DNA of 62,753 bases, the filler included, from Nemertoderma westbladi (lineage: Eukaryota > Animalia > Xenacoelomorpha): assembly GCA_032718475.1 (NCBI GenBank). It is 4 parts of 4 records of this genome, joined end to end, with 100 filler letters (N's around TTAATTAATTAA, not from the genome) between each part and the next. Parts side by side here need not be neighbours in the genome. Positions count along the whole stretch, not along the records: positions 20,613 to 40,319 come from JAUCBJ010000350.1; 3 more parts are not named here. One strand, written 5' to 3'. Below are positions 21,391-34,003 of the stretch, one piece after another. How positions within the stretch are numbered: the first letter of the stretch is position 1; every line of letters starts with the position of its first letter. The translations under genes and the position numbers were made by a program. The notes under the pieces were generated by a model that was given only the letters and a program-made list of their open reading frames with translations, was not told the origin of the DNA and searched no databases.

Positions 21391-22449
21391 AGATACTCGA
21401 CAGATCGAGGCTGGGAGAGTTCAGTGTGTATGTGTCAGTGTTACCAGCGCCACAAGACCGGCTCTGGAATGACGCTATGTTTCAGACTTTATAAGAAACA
21501 TTAGTAGGCTTAGATTATAGAACGTATAACTGTTAACAATTCAATGCAACACGCACCAAAACAATCATATCATATCTTAACCTACCGTCTTACTGCTTTT
21601 ACTGTTGGTGATTATTTGTATCAGTTAGTTGGATGTTATTAGTTGAAGAATATCGATAAATAACCCAAATTTCCCAATCTTCTTGATACACTACAGGTTA
21701 GAGAGACAGGTTACATATAACGATTGCGACTTATATTATTGTGTTTGTAGTGAATCTAATGCTGTTTAATAGATACTACATGGGTCCAGTGCGGTTCTCT
21801 TTATACATGATCAAAGTCAGTAACTGTCGGCAAACCAGTGAGCAGTATTGTGCGGTACCAGTTGTGTGCGTGATTGTAACTGATAACTAAGCATTTCCTC
21901 AAGAATGCGCCTCATACGTGAATTCTAAGCCATATAGTTGTGTTTAGTATAAGTCATAGCTCTGTTTACATAGGTAGAGCGCCACGTCCTAAAGGAACTG
22001 CTAATATTTCCCGAAAGTGAATAATATTTGTCAGAGATTATATATTAGTGATCAATCGAATAATACAGTAGGCTTCACTGCAATAAATCTAAGCATACGA
22101 ATCCAGTCTCCCGGGTGTAACCATCGGGTGAATGAACGCGCATAGACTGGCTTCGACTAATGTTGTGTTTATTTTGTATTAAATCTTTGTCATCTTATAA
22201 AGTCAATTTACCAACTAAAGACATATAAATTTTGGCAGGTTAAACTGCTAAAGGTCTACAAAAGCGCGTACAATGGTTAATGGTTAATATACACTACCCT
22301 TTCATTGTAGCAAGTGGTTAAAGACGGCCAAGTACTGTAGGGTTGAGCACAGTGGCAGCATATGGTATTGACAGATGGGAGGCCATGAGGAGGTAAATTG
22401 CGGACATACAAGATATCAGATAGTATTTTACTGGTCTATCTTTTACCTC

Positions 22450-22720
22450 AGCCGCTAGCTGAATGGTTAGAGCGTCAGACTTCCAACCCGGAGGTCACCA
22501 GTTCGATCCCTCCTGGACTTCATTGTCGACTATTCCCAACAAAAGTTAAAAAGAAAACTAGAATCACTATTTCCTGATTGGTTTTAAACAGGTTACCTGG
22601 CAACGGCAACCAGCAACCACAAACAGCTGGATAAAATAGCAGTTGACCTTAAAACAACTTGAGTCACTATCCGGTAACACAGGGCCAGTGACGGAACTGA
22701 CAGCAGCCGTTAAATTGACA
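22450..22720 (+). mobile_element. tRNA-derived SINE
   Basis: A box TAGCTGAATGG, B box AGTTCGATCCC, unpaired anticodon stem; body TCACTATTTCCTGATTGG..TACCT recurs inverted at about 23400-23525. Confidence 0.65.
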
Positions 22721-23159
22721 AACACTATGGGGCGAGCCACAAAAGTGCGCGAGCCACAAAAGTGCGCGAGCTTAGAATACGGGTACTAATCTCAACTTCG
22801 CGTCTATCTGTCGGTCTGCTTGTCGCTGGTCGGTCGGTCCATCTAATCTTTGAATTCTGATACAGTAACTCAGCGAATATTTTATGAAATTAATACACAA
22901 GTTGAAAGTCAAAAGTTTTCAGAAATTTGGCGTTGTGCATTCAAGTGGTCCGCCGCTAGGGGCGCTAAATATAGGCTTAATAACTTTTGAACAACTTCAT
23001 AGATTTTGAGTGACCTATGTATGGAGTTCATTTTAATTGTTTAGGTCTAATACTGGGAGACGGTCCGGTCCAAAAAAAACTCCATTTGTATACCAACAAC
23101 AATTAAGCAGTTGTAGTGGAGAGTTGCAGAGATTTACAATTCACAATACAATTAATATA

Positions 23160-26100
23160 CACCGTGTCCCAGAATATAGTATGGTAGGTAATTCGGCGTC
23201 CCAAATTTTCCCCCCTAATTTTTCTACAAAATCTTAATGAGATTGCGAATGAGAATGAGAATGAGATTAGTTCCACCTCCCTCCTCCTTCGTGGGTGAGT
23301 CAGAATTTTTATTTTTGCTTTCAATCTTTAGCTACAAGCGTTTGAAAAAGGTGTCTCCGGCGATATTACACCAATCCCACCGCAGTTACTCTTCAACCTT
23401 ATAGCTGTCTGTTGGTACTAATGGAAAGCTGGCCCTGGCCCCTCCTGCTCATTAATATGGTATTTTGAATCCAGCTGATGCGTTGCTAGGTACCCCGTTT
23501 AAATCCAATCAGGAAATAGTGAGATTTGTTGTTTAAAGGCCCCTGTTCTCTTCTAGTTGACTACCAAGATTATAGTCATTTTGATGGCCTCTAGTAAAGA
23601 GGAGCTTTGGGTTGCCTCCGTTAGAGAGGAGCCTTCGGGTTGCCTCTGGTAGAAAGGAGCCTTCGGGTTGCCTCTGGTAGAGATGAGTTTTCGGGTTGCC
23701 TCCGGTATAGATTAGCCTTTGGGTTGCCTCTGGTAGAGAGGAGCCTTCATGTTGCCTCTGGTAGAGAGGAGCCTTCGGGTTACTTCCAGTAGGGAGGAGC
23801 CTTCGGGTTGCCTCCAGTAGATTGGAGCCTTCGGGTTGCCTCTAGTAGAGAGGAGCCTTCGGGTTGCCTCCGGTATAGAAGAGCCTTTGGGTTGCCTCTG
23901 GTAGAGAGGAGCCTTCATGTTGCCTCCGGTAGAGAGGAGCCTTCGGTTTACCTCCAGTAGGGAGGAGCCTTTGGGTTTCCTCCGGTAGAGAGGAGCCTTC
24001 GGGTTGCCTCCAGTAGAGAGGAGCCTTCGGGTTGCCTCTGGTAGAGAGGAGCCTTCGGGTTGCCTCCGGTATAGATAAGCCTTTGGGTTGCCTCTGGTAG
24101 AGAGGAGCCTTCATGTTGCCTCCGGTAGAGAGGAGCCTTCGGTTTACCTCCAGTAGGGAGGAGCCTTTGGGTTGCCTCCGGTAGAGAGGAGCCTTCGGGT
24201 TGCCTCCGGTAGAGAGGAGCCTTCGGATTGCTTCCGGTAGAGAAGAGTCTTCATGTTGCCTCCGGTAGAGAGGTACCTTCGGATTGCCTCCTGTAGAGAG
24301 GAGCCTTTGGGTTGCCTCCGGTAGAGAGGAGCCTTCGGATTGCCTCCAGTAGAGAGAACCATTCGGTTTGCCTCCTGTAGTGAGGAGCCTTCGGGTTGCC
24401 ACCGGGTAGAGAGGAACCTTCGGGTTGCCTCATATAGAGAGGAGCCTTCGGGTTTCCTCCGGTAGAGAGGAGCCTTCGGGTTGTCTCCGGTAGAGAGGAG
24501 CCTTTGGGTTGCCTCCAGTAGAGATGAACCTTCGGGTTGCCTCTGGTAGAGAGGAGCCTTTGGGTTGCCTCCGGTAGAGAGTAGCCTTCGGGTTGCCTCC
24601 TGTAGAGAGGAGCCTTCGGGTTGCCTCCTATAGAGAGAAACCTTTGGGTTGCCTCCTATAGAGAGGAGCCTTTAGGTTGCCTCCGGTAGAGGACCCTTCG
24701 GGTTGCTTCCCGTAGAGAGGAGCCTTTGGGTTGCCTAGAGTAGAGAGGAGCCTTCGGGTTGCCTCCTATAGTGAGGAACCTTTGGGTTGCCTCCAGTAGA
24801 GAGGAGCCTTCGGGTTGCCTCCTATAGAGAGGAGCCTTTGGGTTGCCTCCAGTAGAGGACCATTCGGGTTGCCTCCGGTAGAGAGGAGCCTTTGCGTTGC
24901 CTCCTGTATAGAGGAGCCTTCGGGTTGCCTCCAGTAGAGAGGAGCCTTTGGGTTGCCTCTGGTAGAGATGAGCCTTTGGGTTGCCTCCTGTATAGAGGAG
25001 CCTTCGGGTTGCCTCCAGTAGAGAGGAGCCTTCGGGTTGCCTCCTATAGAGAGGAGCCTTTGGGTTGCCTCCAGTAGAGGACCCTTCGGGTTGCCTCCGG
25101 TAGAGAGGAGCCTTTGGGTTGCCTCCTGTATAGAGGAGCCTTCGGGTTGCCTCCAGTAGAGAGGAATCTTTGGGTTGCCTCCAGTAGGGAGGAGCCTTCG
25201 GGTTGCCTCCTATAGAGAGGAGCCTTTGGGTTGCCTCCAGTAGAGAACCCTTCGGGTTGCCTCCGGTAGAGAGGAGCCTTTGGGTTGCTTCCTGTAAAGA
25301 GGAGCCTTCGGGTTGCCTCCATTAGAGAGGAGCCTTTGGGTTGCCTCTGGTAGAGATGAGCCTTCGGGTTGTTTCCTATAGAGAGGAGCCTTTGGGTTGC
25401 CTCCAGTAGAGGACCCTTCGGGTTGCCTCCGGTAGAGAGGAGCCTTTGGGTTGCCTCCTGTATAGAGGAGCCTTCGGGTTGCCTCCATTAGAGAGGAGCC
25501 TTTGGGTTGCCTCTGGTAGAGATGATCCTTTGGGTTGCCTCCAGTAGAGGAGCCTTCGGGTTGCCTCCGGTAGAGAGGAGCCTTTGGGTTGCCTCCTGTA
25601 TAGAGGAGCCTTCGGGTTGCCTCCAGTAGAGAGGAACCTTTGGGTTGCCTCTGGTAGAGATGAGCCTTCGGGTTGTTTCCTATAGAGAGGAGCCTTTGGG
25701 TTGCCTCCAGTAGAGGACCCTTCGGGTTGCCTCCGGTAGAGAGGAGCCTTTGGGTTGCCTTCTGTATAGAGGAGCCTTCGGGTTGCCTCCATTAGAGAGG
25801 AGCCTTTGGGTTGCCTCTGGTAGAGATGATCCTTTGGGTTGCCTCCAGTAGAGGAGCCTTCGGGTTGCCTCCGGTAGAGAGGAGCCTTTGGGTTGCCTCC
25901 TGTATAGAGGAGCCTTCGGGTTGCCTCCAGTAGAGAGGAACCTTTGGGTTGCCTCCAGTAGCGAGGAGCCTTCGGGTTGCCTCCAGTAGAGAGGAACCTT
26001 TGGGTTGCCTCCAGTAGAGAGGAGCCTTCGGGTTGCCTCTGGTAGAGATGAGCCTTCGGGTTGCCTCTGGTAGATAGGAGCCTTCGGGTTGTTTCCGGTA

Positions 26101-26690
26101 GAGTGGCGCCTTTGGGTTGTCTCTGGTAGAGAGGAGCCTTTGCGTTGCCTCCGGTGGAGGTCCAATCGACGAGAAGTGTTCCCAGGGGAAAAAATATTTT
26201 TTCCTTCCTATCATGTCATTGCACATCATATAATAAAACATAGAAGATCGAATTTTCTAGAACAGTGATTGTTTCTTAGTCATTCCATGTTATATTGAAA
26301 ATATTTGACTTCAAAGTTTGCCCTAATATTGTAGTTATCAAAATAAAAATTGCACTTATTATGAATTTGGCTGGAAATGATAAAAAAATTCATGTTTACT
26401 AAAACTTTTCTTGTCATTACATAAGTATTAAAGTCTAATGTAAGGAAAAACATCCAAAATGTAATTCTGGATAATATAGTTGTGACCAACTTTGGGAATG
26501 AAATGTTACTTTTCGCTTGTAACACACGTAACACAATATAACTAAAAGTTTCAATTTCTAAGCTTCCACTACATTTGGTAAGCCATGGTTTGGTTCAGCA
26601 TACAAAGTAAGAATGTTATGTGCTCTGAAATGCCACAAAGAGTAAATTATGCGAATAATGAATTACGACACTATATTCTGGGACATGGTG
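23160..26690. mobile_element. non-autonomous Tc1/mariner-type element
   Basis: 21-bp TIRs CACCGTGTCCCAGAATATAGT (23160) and ACTATATTCTGGGACATGGTG (26670), 1 mismatch, TA on both sides; no transposase. Confidence 0.75.
23588..26160. repeat. 28-bp satellite GGGTTGCCTCCGGTAGAGAGGAGCCTTC, about 90 copies, with 26-bp variants
   Basis: Directly visible; 166-bp higher-order period (ORF ends at 25044, 25210, 25376); about three more monomers at 27590-27680. Confidence 0.98.
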
Positions 26691-27118
26691 TATTCGCATA
26701 CTTACTCTTTGTGGCATTTTAGAGCACATAACATTCTTACTTTGTTCGCTTAACCAAACCATGGCTTACCAAATGTAGTGGAAGCTTAGAAATTGAAACT
26801 TTTAGTTATATTATGTTACGTGTGTTACAAACGAAAAGTAACATTTCATTCCCAAAGTTGGTCACAACTATATTATCCAGAATTACATTTTGGATGTTTT
26901 TCTTCACATTAGGCATTAATACTTATACAATGACAAGACTAATTTTAGTAAACATCAAATTCTTATCATTTTGAGCCAAATTCAAAATATGGGCAATTTT
27001 CATTGTGATAACTGCAATATTAGGGCAAACTTTGAAGACAAATATTTTCAATATAACATGGAATGACCAAAAAACAATCACTGTTCTAGAAAATTTGATC
27101 TTCTATGTTTTATTATAT
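26228..27118. repeat. long imperfect inverted repeat, arms about 430 bp, 33-bp spacer
   Basis: 26228-26657 is the reverse complement of 26691-27118, with scattered mismatches. Confidence 0.95.
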
Positions 27119-27741
27119 AAAACATATATTTGTATACAATATGAATGAACATAATTTAATTGGCAAATGAAGTAGTGGTCTTAAATGTAACACATGTAAC
27201 GTAACACACGTAACGAGAGTCACTTGCATTTTTTGTCTACTACTTTAGTCAGAATTGGCAACTATGTTATTTATCATTTTAGATATCTAATTATATCGGA
27301 TAGTCATTGCTCTGCATTACTAATACTCTTGATTTTCATGAAATTTAACTTACATTATTTGTCCAATTTTGGGTGCATTTCATGTGTAACACACGTAACA
27401 ATTTCTTTAAATGCTTACTGAGAATCTAATATTTACTTTTTTTAAATAATATTTCACATATAGAACATGAAATAACCAAACAATTATACATAAACTATAA
27501 GTTATTGTTTGTGAAGTGTTTTCTAATAAAATTTGCTTGATGAACTTCAAAAATCGTATCAGGATGAAACACACGTAACATAGAATGGACCTGGAGAGGA
27601 TCTTTCGGGTTGCCTCCAAATAGTAGCAGCCTTCTTCGGGTTGCCTCGGATAGAGAGGAGCCTTTGGGTTACCTCCGGAACTGTGACCAACTATCACAAT
27701 ATTTTAATCGAATAGAATATAATGTGTTCTATTTATTTTAG

Positions 27742-29159
27742 TTGCCGGCAAAAGTGGAAACAGTCGAGTTTGTATCGATGACTGAGCGCCAACAGCTGCT
27801 CTATTCCACGATGAAACGGAGTCTCGGTAAATCGATACGTAGTGAGGATGGCGGCGCTGGTACAACGTCCATAGCGGGGGCCTTGATGCCACTACGGAAG
27901 GCGGCCAATCACCCGCTGCTGCATCGCTCTCTCTACACCGATAAAAAGATCAGCTCTATCGCCAAAGTCATCATTAAAGAGGACATTAAGGACCGAGTCC
28001 TGGAGCACTGGATCGAGGACATATCCGTGATGTCCGACTTCGAGATCCACACTGTGTGCAGCAAATACAACTCGTTACGCCGCCAGCGGCTTAAAACAGA
28101 ACAAATTATCCAGTCGGGTAAGTTTTCCTATTTGGACGATAAACTCCCCGAGCTGCTGGCTGGCGGTCATCGCGTGTTGATATTCAGTCAGTTCGTCATC
28201 ATCCTAGACATAGTTGAGCCGTACTTACAGCACCGCGGTTACTGGTACCTCAGACTGGATGGCTCCACTCCGGTACTTGACAGACAGTCTATGATCGACG
28301 ACTTTAATACAGATGATAAACTCTTTATATTCCTGATCTCGACGCGTGCTGGAGGTCTTGGCATCGACCTTACCGCAGCAGATACTGTAATCCTCTACGA
28401 CTTAGAATTCAACCCTTACAACGATAAACAGGCTGAGGACCGATGCCATCGAGTGGGTCAAAATAAGGAAGTCGAAGTCATTAAATTAGTTGGTAAAGGT
28501 ACCATAGAGGAAGGGATCAAGTCGATAGCCGATGGTAAGCTGAAGTTGGAGCAGGATATGTGTCTGAGACGCGACGACACAGAGTTCGAGATGGATCTGG
28601 CCGGGTTGCTGCGGGAAGCCGTTGTCTGTAAAGAGGCGGGAGGGGTCGCCCCCAAGCGTGCGGGGTTGAGGGCAGCCAAAGTGGTTAATCTAGATGTGAG
28701 TAGGGTGAGAGGGATAGATGAGGAGACGCAAGAGGTGGACAGTATAAATAGTGACGATTTAGAAAGCGGCAGGAGTAGTGAGATGGACGAGGGTAAGGGA
28801 GGGAAGGACAAGGCTTCACCAACTGGGGATAAGGACAATGTTTCATCAGCTGGAGAGAAGGACAAGGGTTCATCAGCTGAAGAGAAGGACAAGGGTTCAT
28901 CACCCGGAGAGAAGGACAAGGGTTCATCAGCGGGAGAGAAGCACAAGGGTTCATCAGCTGAAGATAAGGACAAGGGTTCATCACCCGGAGAGAAGGACAA
29001 GGGGGGTTCATCAGCGGGAGAGAAGGACAAGGGTTTATCAGCTGGAGAGAAGGACAGGGGTTCATCAGCTGGAGAGAAGGACACGAGTTCATCAGCTGGA
29101 GAGAATGACAAGGCTTTATTAGCTGAAGAGAAGGACAAGGGTTCATCAGCTGAAGGGAA
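27742..29159 (+). CDS. SMARCAD1: SMARCAD1-like helicase C-terminal lobe and repetitive charged tail
   Basis: LRKAANHPLLHR, SGKF..LD, HRVLIFSQF, RLDGSTPV, LISTRAGGLGI, FNPYNDKQAEDRCHRVGQ, KGTIEE, KLKLEQD. Confidence 0.92.
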
Positions 29160-30710
29160 TAGGATTCTATTAAATCGCATCAGGGATCCCATTGAGAGAC
29201 TGCTCCGTGGAAATCAGAATGGGTTCCGTAAAGGTCGTGGGACCATGGAGCCCATTTTGGCACTTAGAAGGATAATTGAAGAATTATCAAAAAAGAAAGA
29301 CAGGCATCTGGCTGTTATCTTTGTTGACTTCTTCAAGGCCTTTGATTCAGTCTCTCGCTCACGTATGTTCAGCATACTTTCATTATATGGGATTCCTGAT
29401 GAAATTATTGCAGCAATCAGATCAGTATACGATGGTTCGACAACATTTGTGTCTACTGTTGACGGTGACACAGAACCATTTGAAGTGTTATGGGGCGTCC
29501 TCAAAGGAGACACACTTGCACCATTCTTGTTCATTATTGTGGTTGACTATGTTCTACGCATGTCCTTAGATCATCATAATGATGATGGGGTGATGATAAC
29601 TCCACCTACTGGCTCCAGAAGTCGAGGAAATCCTGCCAAGTACCTAACTGATCTAGACTTTGCTGATGACTTAGGAGTACTCTCAGAATCATTAGAGGGA
29701 GCCCAACGGCTCCTCAGCTCATTAGAACATGCTGCTTCTAGTGTTGGTCTTTTTATTAACTCCAGAAAGACCAAAATTCTGACAGTTAACTTTGAAAGTC
29801 CTCAGCAAGTCTCTGATCGGATGAGCATAAGCTCAAAGGATGGTATGCTTGAGCATGTCGACGACTTCTGTTACCTGGGATCATGGATCCGGAAGTCAGG
29901 TGAGGACCTTCGAATACGTAAGGGAAAGGCATGGGCAGCCTTGAATAGGCTTTCCAGGATTTGGAAGTCACCGAGAATTAATCGGAAACTTAAGGTCCGA
30001 TTGTTTAGAGCAGCAGTAGTTCCAGTACTCCTCTACGGGAGTCCATGCTGGGCTCTAACTGCTGAGGACACCAAATCTCTGGATGGCACATTCACAAGAA
30101 TGCTACGCCGGATTCATTGTGTCAAGTACAATGCACACATCTCCAACCAGACATTATATAACATTGGAGGTGTCTCATTGGTTCCCCCAAGCTTGACACT
30201 AGAACAAAATCGCCTCCGCTTTGCAGGACATTGCTTTCGCCGTGAGGACCAGCCAGTGCATAATCTTGTACTTTGGCAGCCTCATGGAGTGAATAAGCAT
30301 GGTGGACAGCCCATGACTTTCTTGAGACGCATCTTAAAGGACACTGGCCTTAAAGATGCGGATGATCTAGCAAATATCATGGGTGATAGGGAGTTGTGGC
30401 GGTGCAATTTTGTTGACAAGCCGGCACAGCATTCTTAAAAATGCAGCTGCAATGCAGCATGCCGATCCTAGTAGTAGCTGAAGGGAAAGACAGGGGTTCA
30501 TCAGCTGGAGAGAATGACAAGGGTTCATCACCCGGAGAGAAGGACAGGGGTTCATCAGCTGGAGAGAAGGACACGAGTTAATCAGCTGGAGAGAAGGACA
30601 AGGGTTCATCACCCGGAGAGAAGGACAAGGGTTCATCAACTGGAGAGAAGGACAAGGGTTCATCAGCTGGAGAGAAGGACAAGGGTTCATCAGCCGGAGA
30701 GAAGGACAAG
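28843..30710 (+). repeat. 27-bp coding minisatellite (SSAGEKDKG) split by an RTE insertion
   Basis: TCATCAGCTGGAGAGAAGGACAAGGGT units at 28843-29159 and 30476-30710. Confidence 0.95.
29160..30475 (+). mobile_element. 5'-truncated RTE-group non-LTR retrotransposon (RT domain)
   Basis: QNGFRKGR, FVDFFKAFDSV, GVLKGDTLAPFLF, DFADD, YLGS; (TAG)n tail; 12-bp TSD AGCTGAAGGGAA at 29148 and 30476. Confidence 0.96.
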
Positions 30711-30923
30711 ATCAGATCTTCAAACAAATTGAAATTAACAAGATGACAATTTAAAAAAAACGATACCTGCGATTCTTACTAAATTAAAACAAATTTCTTA
30801 GCAGTTATTTATTTATTTGGTAGGAATAATAATGTAGATGGGGGGGGGGGGGGGGGTTGAGCTGTTTTCTCACGCTATTGCAATAGTATATCAACATTAA
30901 TGTTAATTATTTATAGTAGTTAT

Positions 30924-31152
30924 CTGGTAGATGTCATCATATGAGTCATCGGAACTACACTGTATTAAGAGTATTTTGACGCATTATGGCATAAAGTGGC
31001 TTGTTATGTCCGCTAAAGTACTCATACAGAAAAAATGGCTTTTTATGTCCGCTAAAGTACACATACAGAAAAATGGCTTTTTATGTCCGCTAAAACACCT
31101 ACACAGTACTTTGCGGGAAAAAGGACTGATTATATCCGCAAAACCTTTTACA
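30924..31152 (+). mobile_element. dispersed non-coding repeat family, copy B
   Basis: Near-identical to 37833-38064; internal ATGTCCGCTAAAGTAC repeats. Confidence 0.9.
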
Positions 31153-31230
31153 CCGCTCCCAGAAAATGTGATTTAATTCTATAAAATTTAAAAAATCACA
31201 GTTTCTAAAATATAAAAATACTCTAAACAG

Positions 31231-34003
31231 TTAGTCTTTCTTGCGCGGACGGCGTTTACGCAATTTTTTAAGGCTAGCAAGAGTCCTTTTCTCTTTGGGG
31301 CGAGCCACTTTACCAGGAGGGCTATAACTCCTGGGTGAAGGGTGTAATACAATTGCATCGGAAGGTTTAGGATTACGGTCGGTGTATCCGCCGGTCGAGG
31401 TACCTGGTTGATCAACAGCAACCTCAGTGGAGCGATTTCTAACGGCCTTTAGAGCTCGTTTCAGGACAGCAGCTCTTACTGGTCCCTGACAAGTCGTCTG
31501 AACGAGAGCGGTAGGTGGACCACGGTTAGGATTAATGTTCCTGAGATATTTACGAACAAATTTGGTTGAAATACACTCGCCAACACGCTTCATTAGTTCG
31601 TAACTCGGTGTGCATGATTTTTGTTCAACAGACGTGAATAGGTAAGGATGGAACGCGGGTAATAGCGATGGCGTGACTCACAATCGTTCGCTTCCCAAGC
31701 TCGGATGTAACGTAGGGTAATCATTTCATCTACGCTTTCCAGATCGCGGTTAAAAGGGCAGTCAAAACTGGCATGTCCTTTAAGTTGACAATGATGGCAT
31801 TAAGTCATAAATTGGGGGCAGACTGCGAAAATGTGCAAGTTATTGAGTCTGCAATACGCAAAATAGATTTCCATCGCCGGTTGTTCATGGAAATAGGAGC
31901 AGGGTACGTCTGAGTCCATGGGTGTGAGATGGTCTCTCGATGCGCATAACCAGCAACGTTTTTGAGAAACATAGTTGCATGCTGATAATCGTATGCGGTG
32001 AGACACTGTGGACCTTGATACCATTCCAAGACGTAGTCGTTATCGCTGCTCCGGGGCGCGGTAGGCTGAATCTACTCGGATTCTAAGCATATTGGTTCGT
32101 CTTCCAATTGCATAGCTGAGGTAGGTGTGGCTGTCTCCTCAAGCAAACCCACTGTCTGAACTTCCACGATAGAATAACCCGTGGGGATTCGAGGTCTTTG
32201 TATAACAGAGGAATGTAAGTTCTGTATACAAACATCCTTAAAAATGGCGAATCCAGCGCTGTCTAACTTCTCAGTAGCCGAGTCTCTTAGGCTGAGCTTG
32301 GTCAGAGCGCGGTCCGTAAACTGACTATCAACATTACGGAACGGAGTCAGAAAACGCCTGAAACATTCGAAGCGGATGAATTATTGTGTTCATCTAGCTT
32401 GGCGAGTTTGGTTCCAAGTATTAAGGGATGGGCGCGTATAGTACGACTGCACACATCGGCTAGCCAACCGGCAAGTGCAGCGTTTTTAAAGATCGTGTAT
32501 ATAGCTAAGGAGGGATGAAGGGGAACACTCATGAAGCTATACACGACACCAGGTGCGGTCAATGGTCCGTCAAAGTATAATCGAGAATAATGATCTCCAT
32601 ATACTTGTTGATAGTTGATAGGGTTTCCGACTTTGAAATTCCATCCGTATTCTTGAAAGGCAAGATGGCCGATGGAGGTTCGTTGTACTTTAGTGATGCC
32701 ACTGGGCGTATTGGCATACATAGTGCGGAAGAAACCTCGGCCTTCTGCCCAGGGAGCAATCAGCTGAGTGTCCACGAAAGGATATGGAATACTCTCCATG
32801 TTCCTGAAGTAGTCCTAATATGTCTTACGCCATTGATGGTAGAGAGCAGGGGAAGTCATATGTCATATTCAGTAATATTACAAAATACAACCTCAATAGG
32901 AGTATGCAACATTCGAAGACTATCTCCAAATGAATTTATCCCCAATTATTAGGGGAGGGGGACAACCAGATTTATGACACATAATGGTACCAGTTGTTCA
33001 CAGACTGTCTACGTGTCCTTTCAGTCCTTGTATCACGGTCGTGGACTTGAGGAAATTAGGAGTGGTTGATTATCTAATCAACAACAAGAGGAGTAGCAGT
33101 TGATACTATGGATATCAGCACAATGGGGCAGGGACAGGAGGTGCGGACCCAAATATAGGCATCCAAATAAACAGTAAGGGATGGGAGGTTTAGTAGGAGG
33201 CGGTACGATCGATACCACAATACCACTATGATTGGTCGATCGTCTCCCAAAAGCTCCGAGTGCGTTGGGAAGAGTAGATGGGACGAAGAGGGTTTCTTCA
33301 TCAATGTGTTGTTTCCTCGATAGCGATGTATAGAGGGAGAATAGTAGTAAGGAGGAGGGAGGGAAAGGGGTAGTATCTATAAGATACCATAATGGACATG
33401 TTTTCTCTTTACGTCATTACTCATTCTTACTCTTTGATTGTGACACTGATCACAACAATTGCAGGAAGAGGATGAAGTAAGAGGAAATTACAGCCTCCCG
33501 AAGGAGACCGCCCGCGAGCACCCGCGCCCCGGGGAAAACTATTCACATTATGGACCCTGGACATTAACATATGGTTTTCCCAGTAGGTTCTCCTCTATTT
33601 GTCTTTATAAACCTTCTTCCACATTCTATCTTTCGAGTCGGTTTCGAATAGAATTCTCGTGTTCGATTCTCGGTTTATCGTTCCGACTCCGCTGGGTATG
33701 ATATTTAAATAAAACCATTTCCCTTTCGGTGTCTACATCGTCCGTATCGTGTTAATCGATAGGATGGCCAGTAGTTAAGAAGTCCATATACATACCATTA
33801 TGATGCGTGTAGCGAGTGGTGAATTTTCTATAGTCCAATTCACGCATGAGTTGTTCTTGGGACATTGGCGGTTTGATATAACAACCATCGTCCTCTGTAG
33901 TAGTTGGACCAGCGTCTCCACGTATTAAGCTATCAACAAACGCTTGCAATGTTAGAGTATATCACTCCCTGATACCAAGATCATCTTCTATCAACTCAGT
34001 CAT
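31231..34003 (-). pseudogene. long decayed ORF of unknown family with C-terminal triple zinc knuckle and basic tail
   Basis: ATG at 34003; co-oriented ORF pieces separated by stops and frameshifts; CWLCASRDH..AYCRLNNLHIFAVCPQFMT*CHHCQLKGHASFDC; ends KKLRKRRPRKKD. Confidence 0.55.

Noticed and set aside
22450-22522. Functional tRNA-Gly(TCC)
   Set aside because: Anticodon and acceptor stems do not pair; followed by a repeated SINE-like body
23588-26160. CRISPR array, or ORFs within the 28-bp repeat
   Set aside because: Head-to-tail monomers without unique spacers, no cas genes, eukaryotic context; 28 is not a multiple of 3
28843-30710. Hammerhead ribozymes (CTGATGA on the - strand of the 27-bp repeat)
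   Set aside because: No stem II or GAAA core follows; the repeat is protein-coding on +
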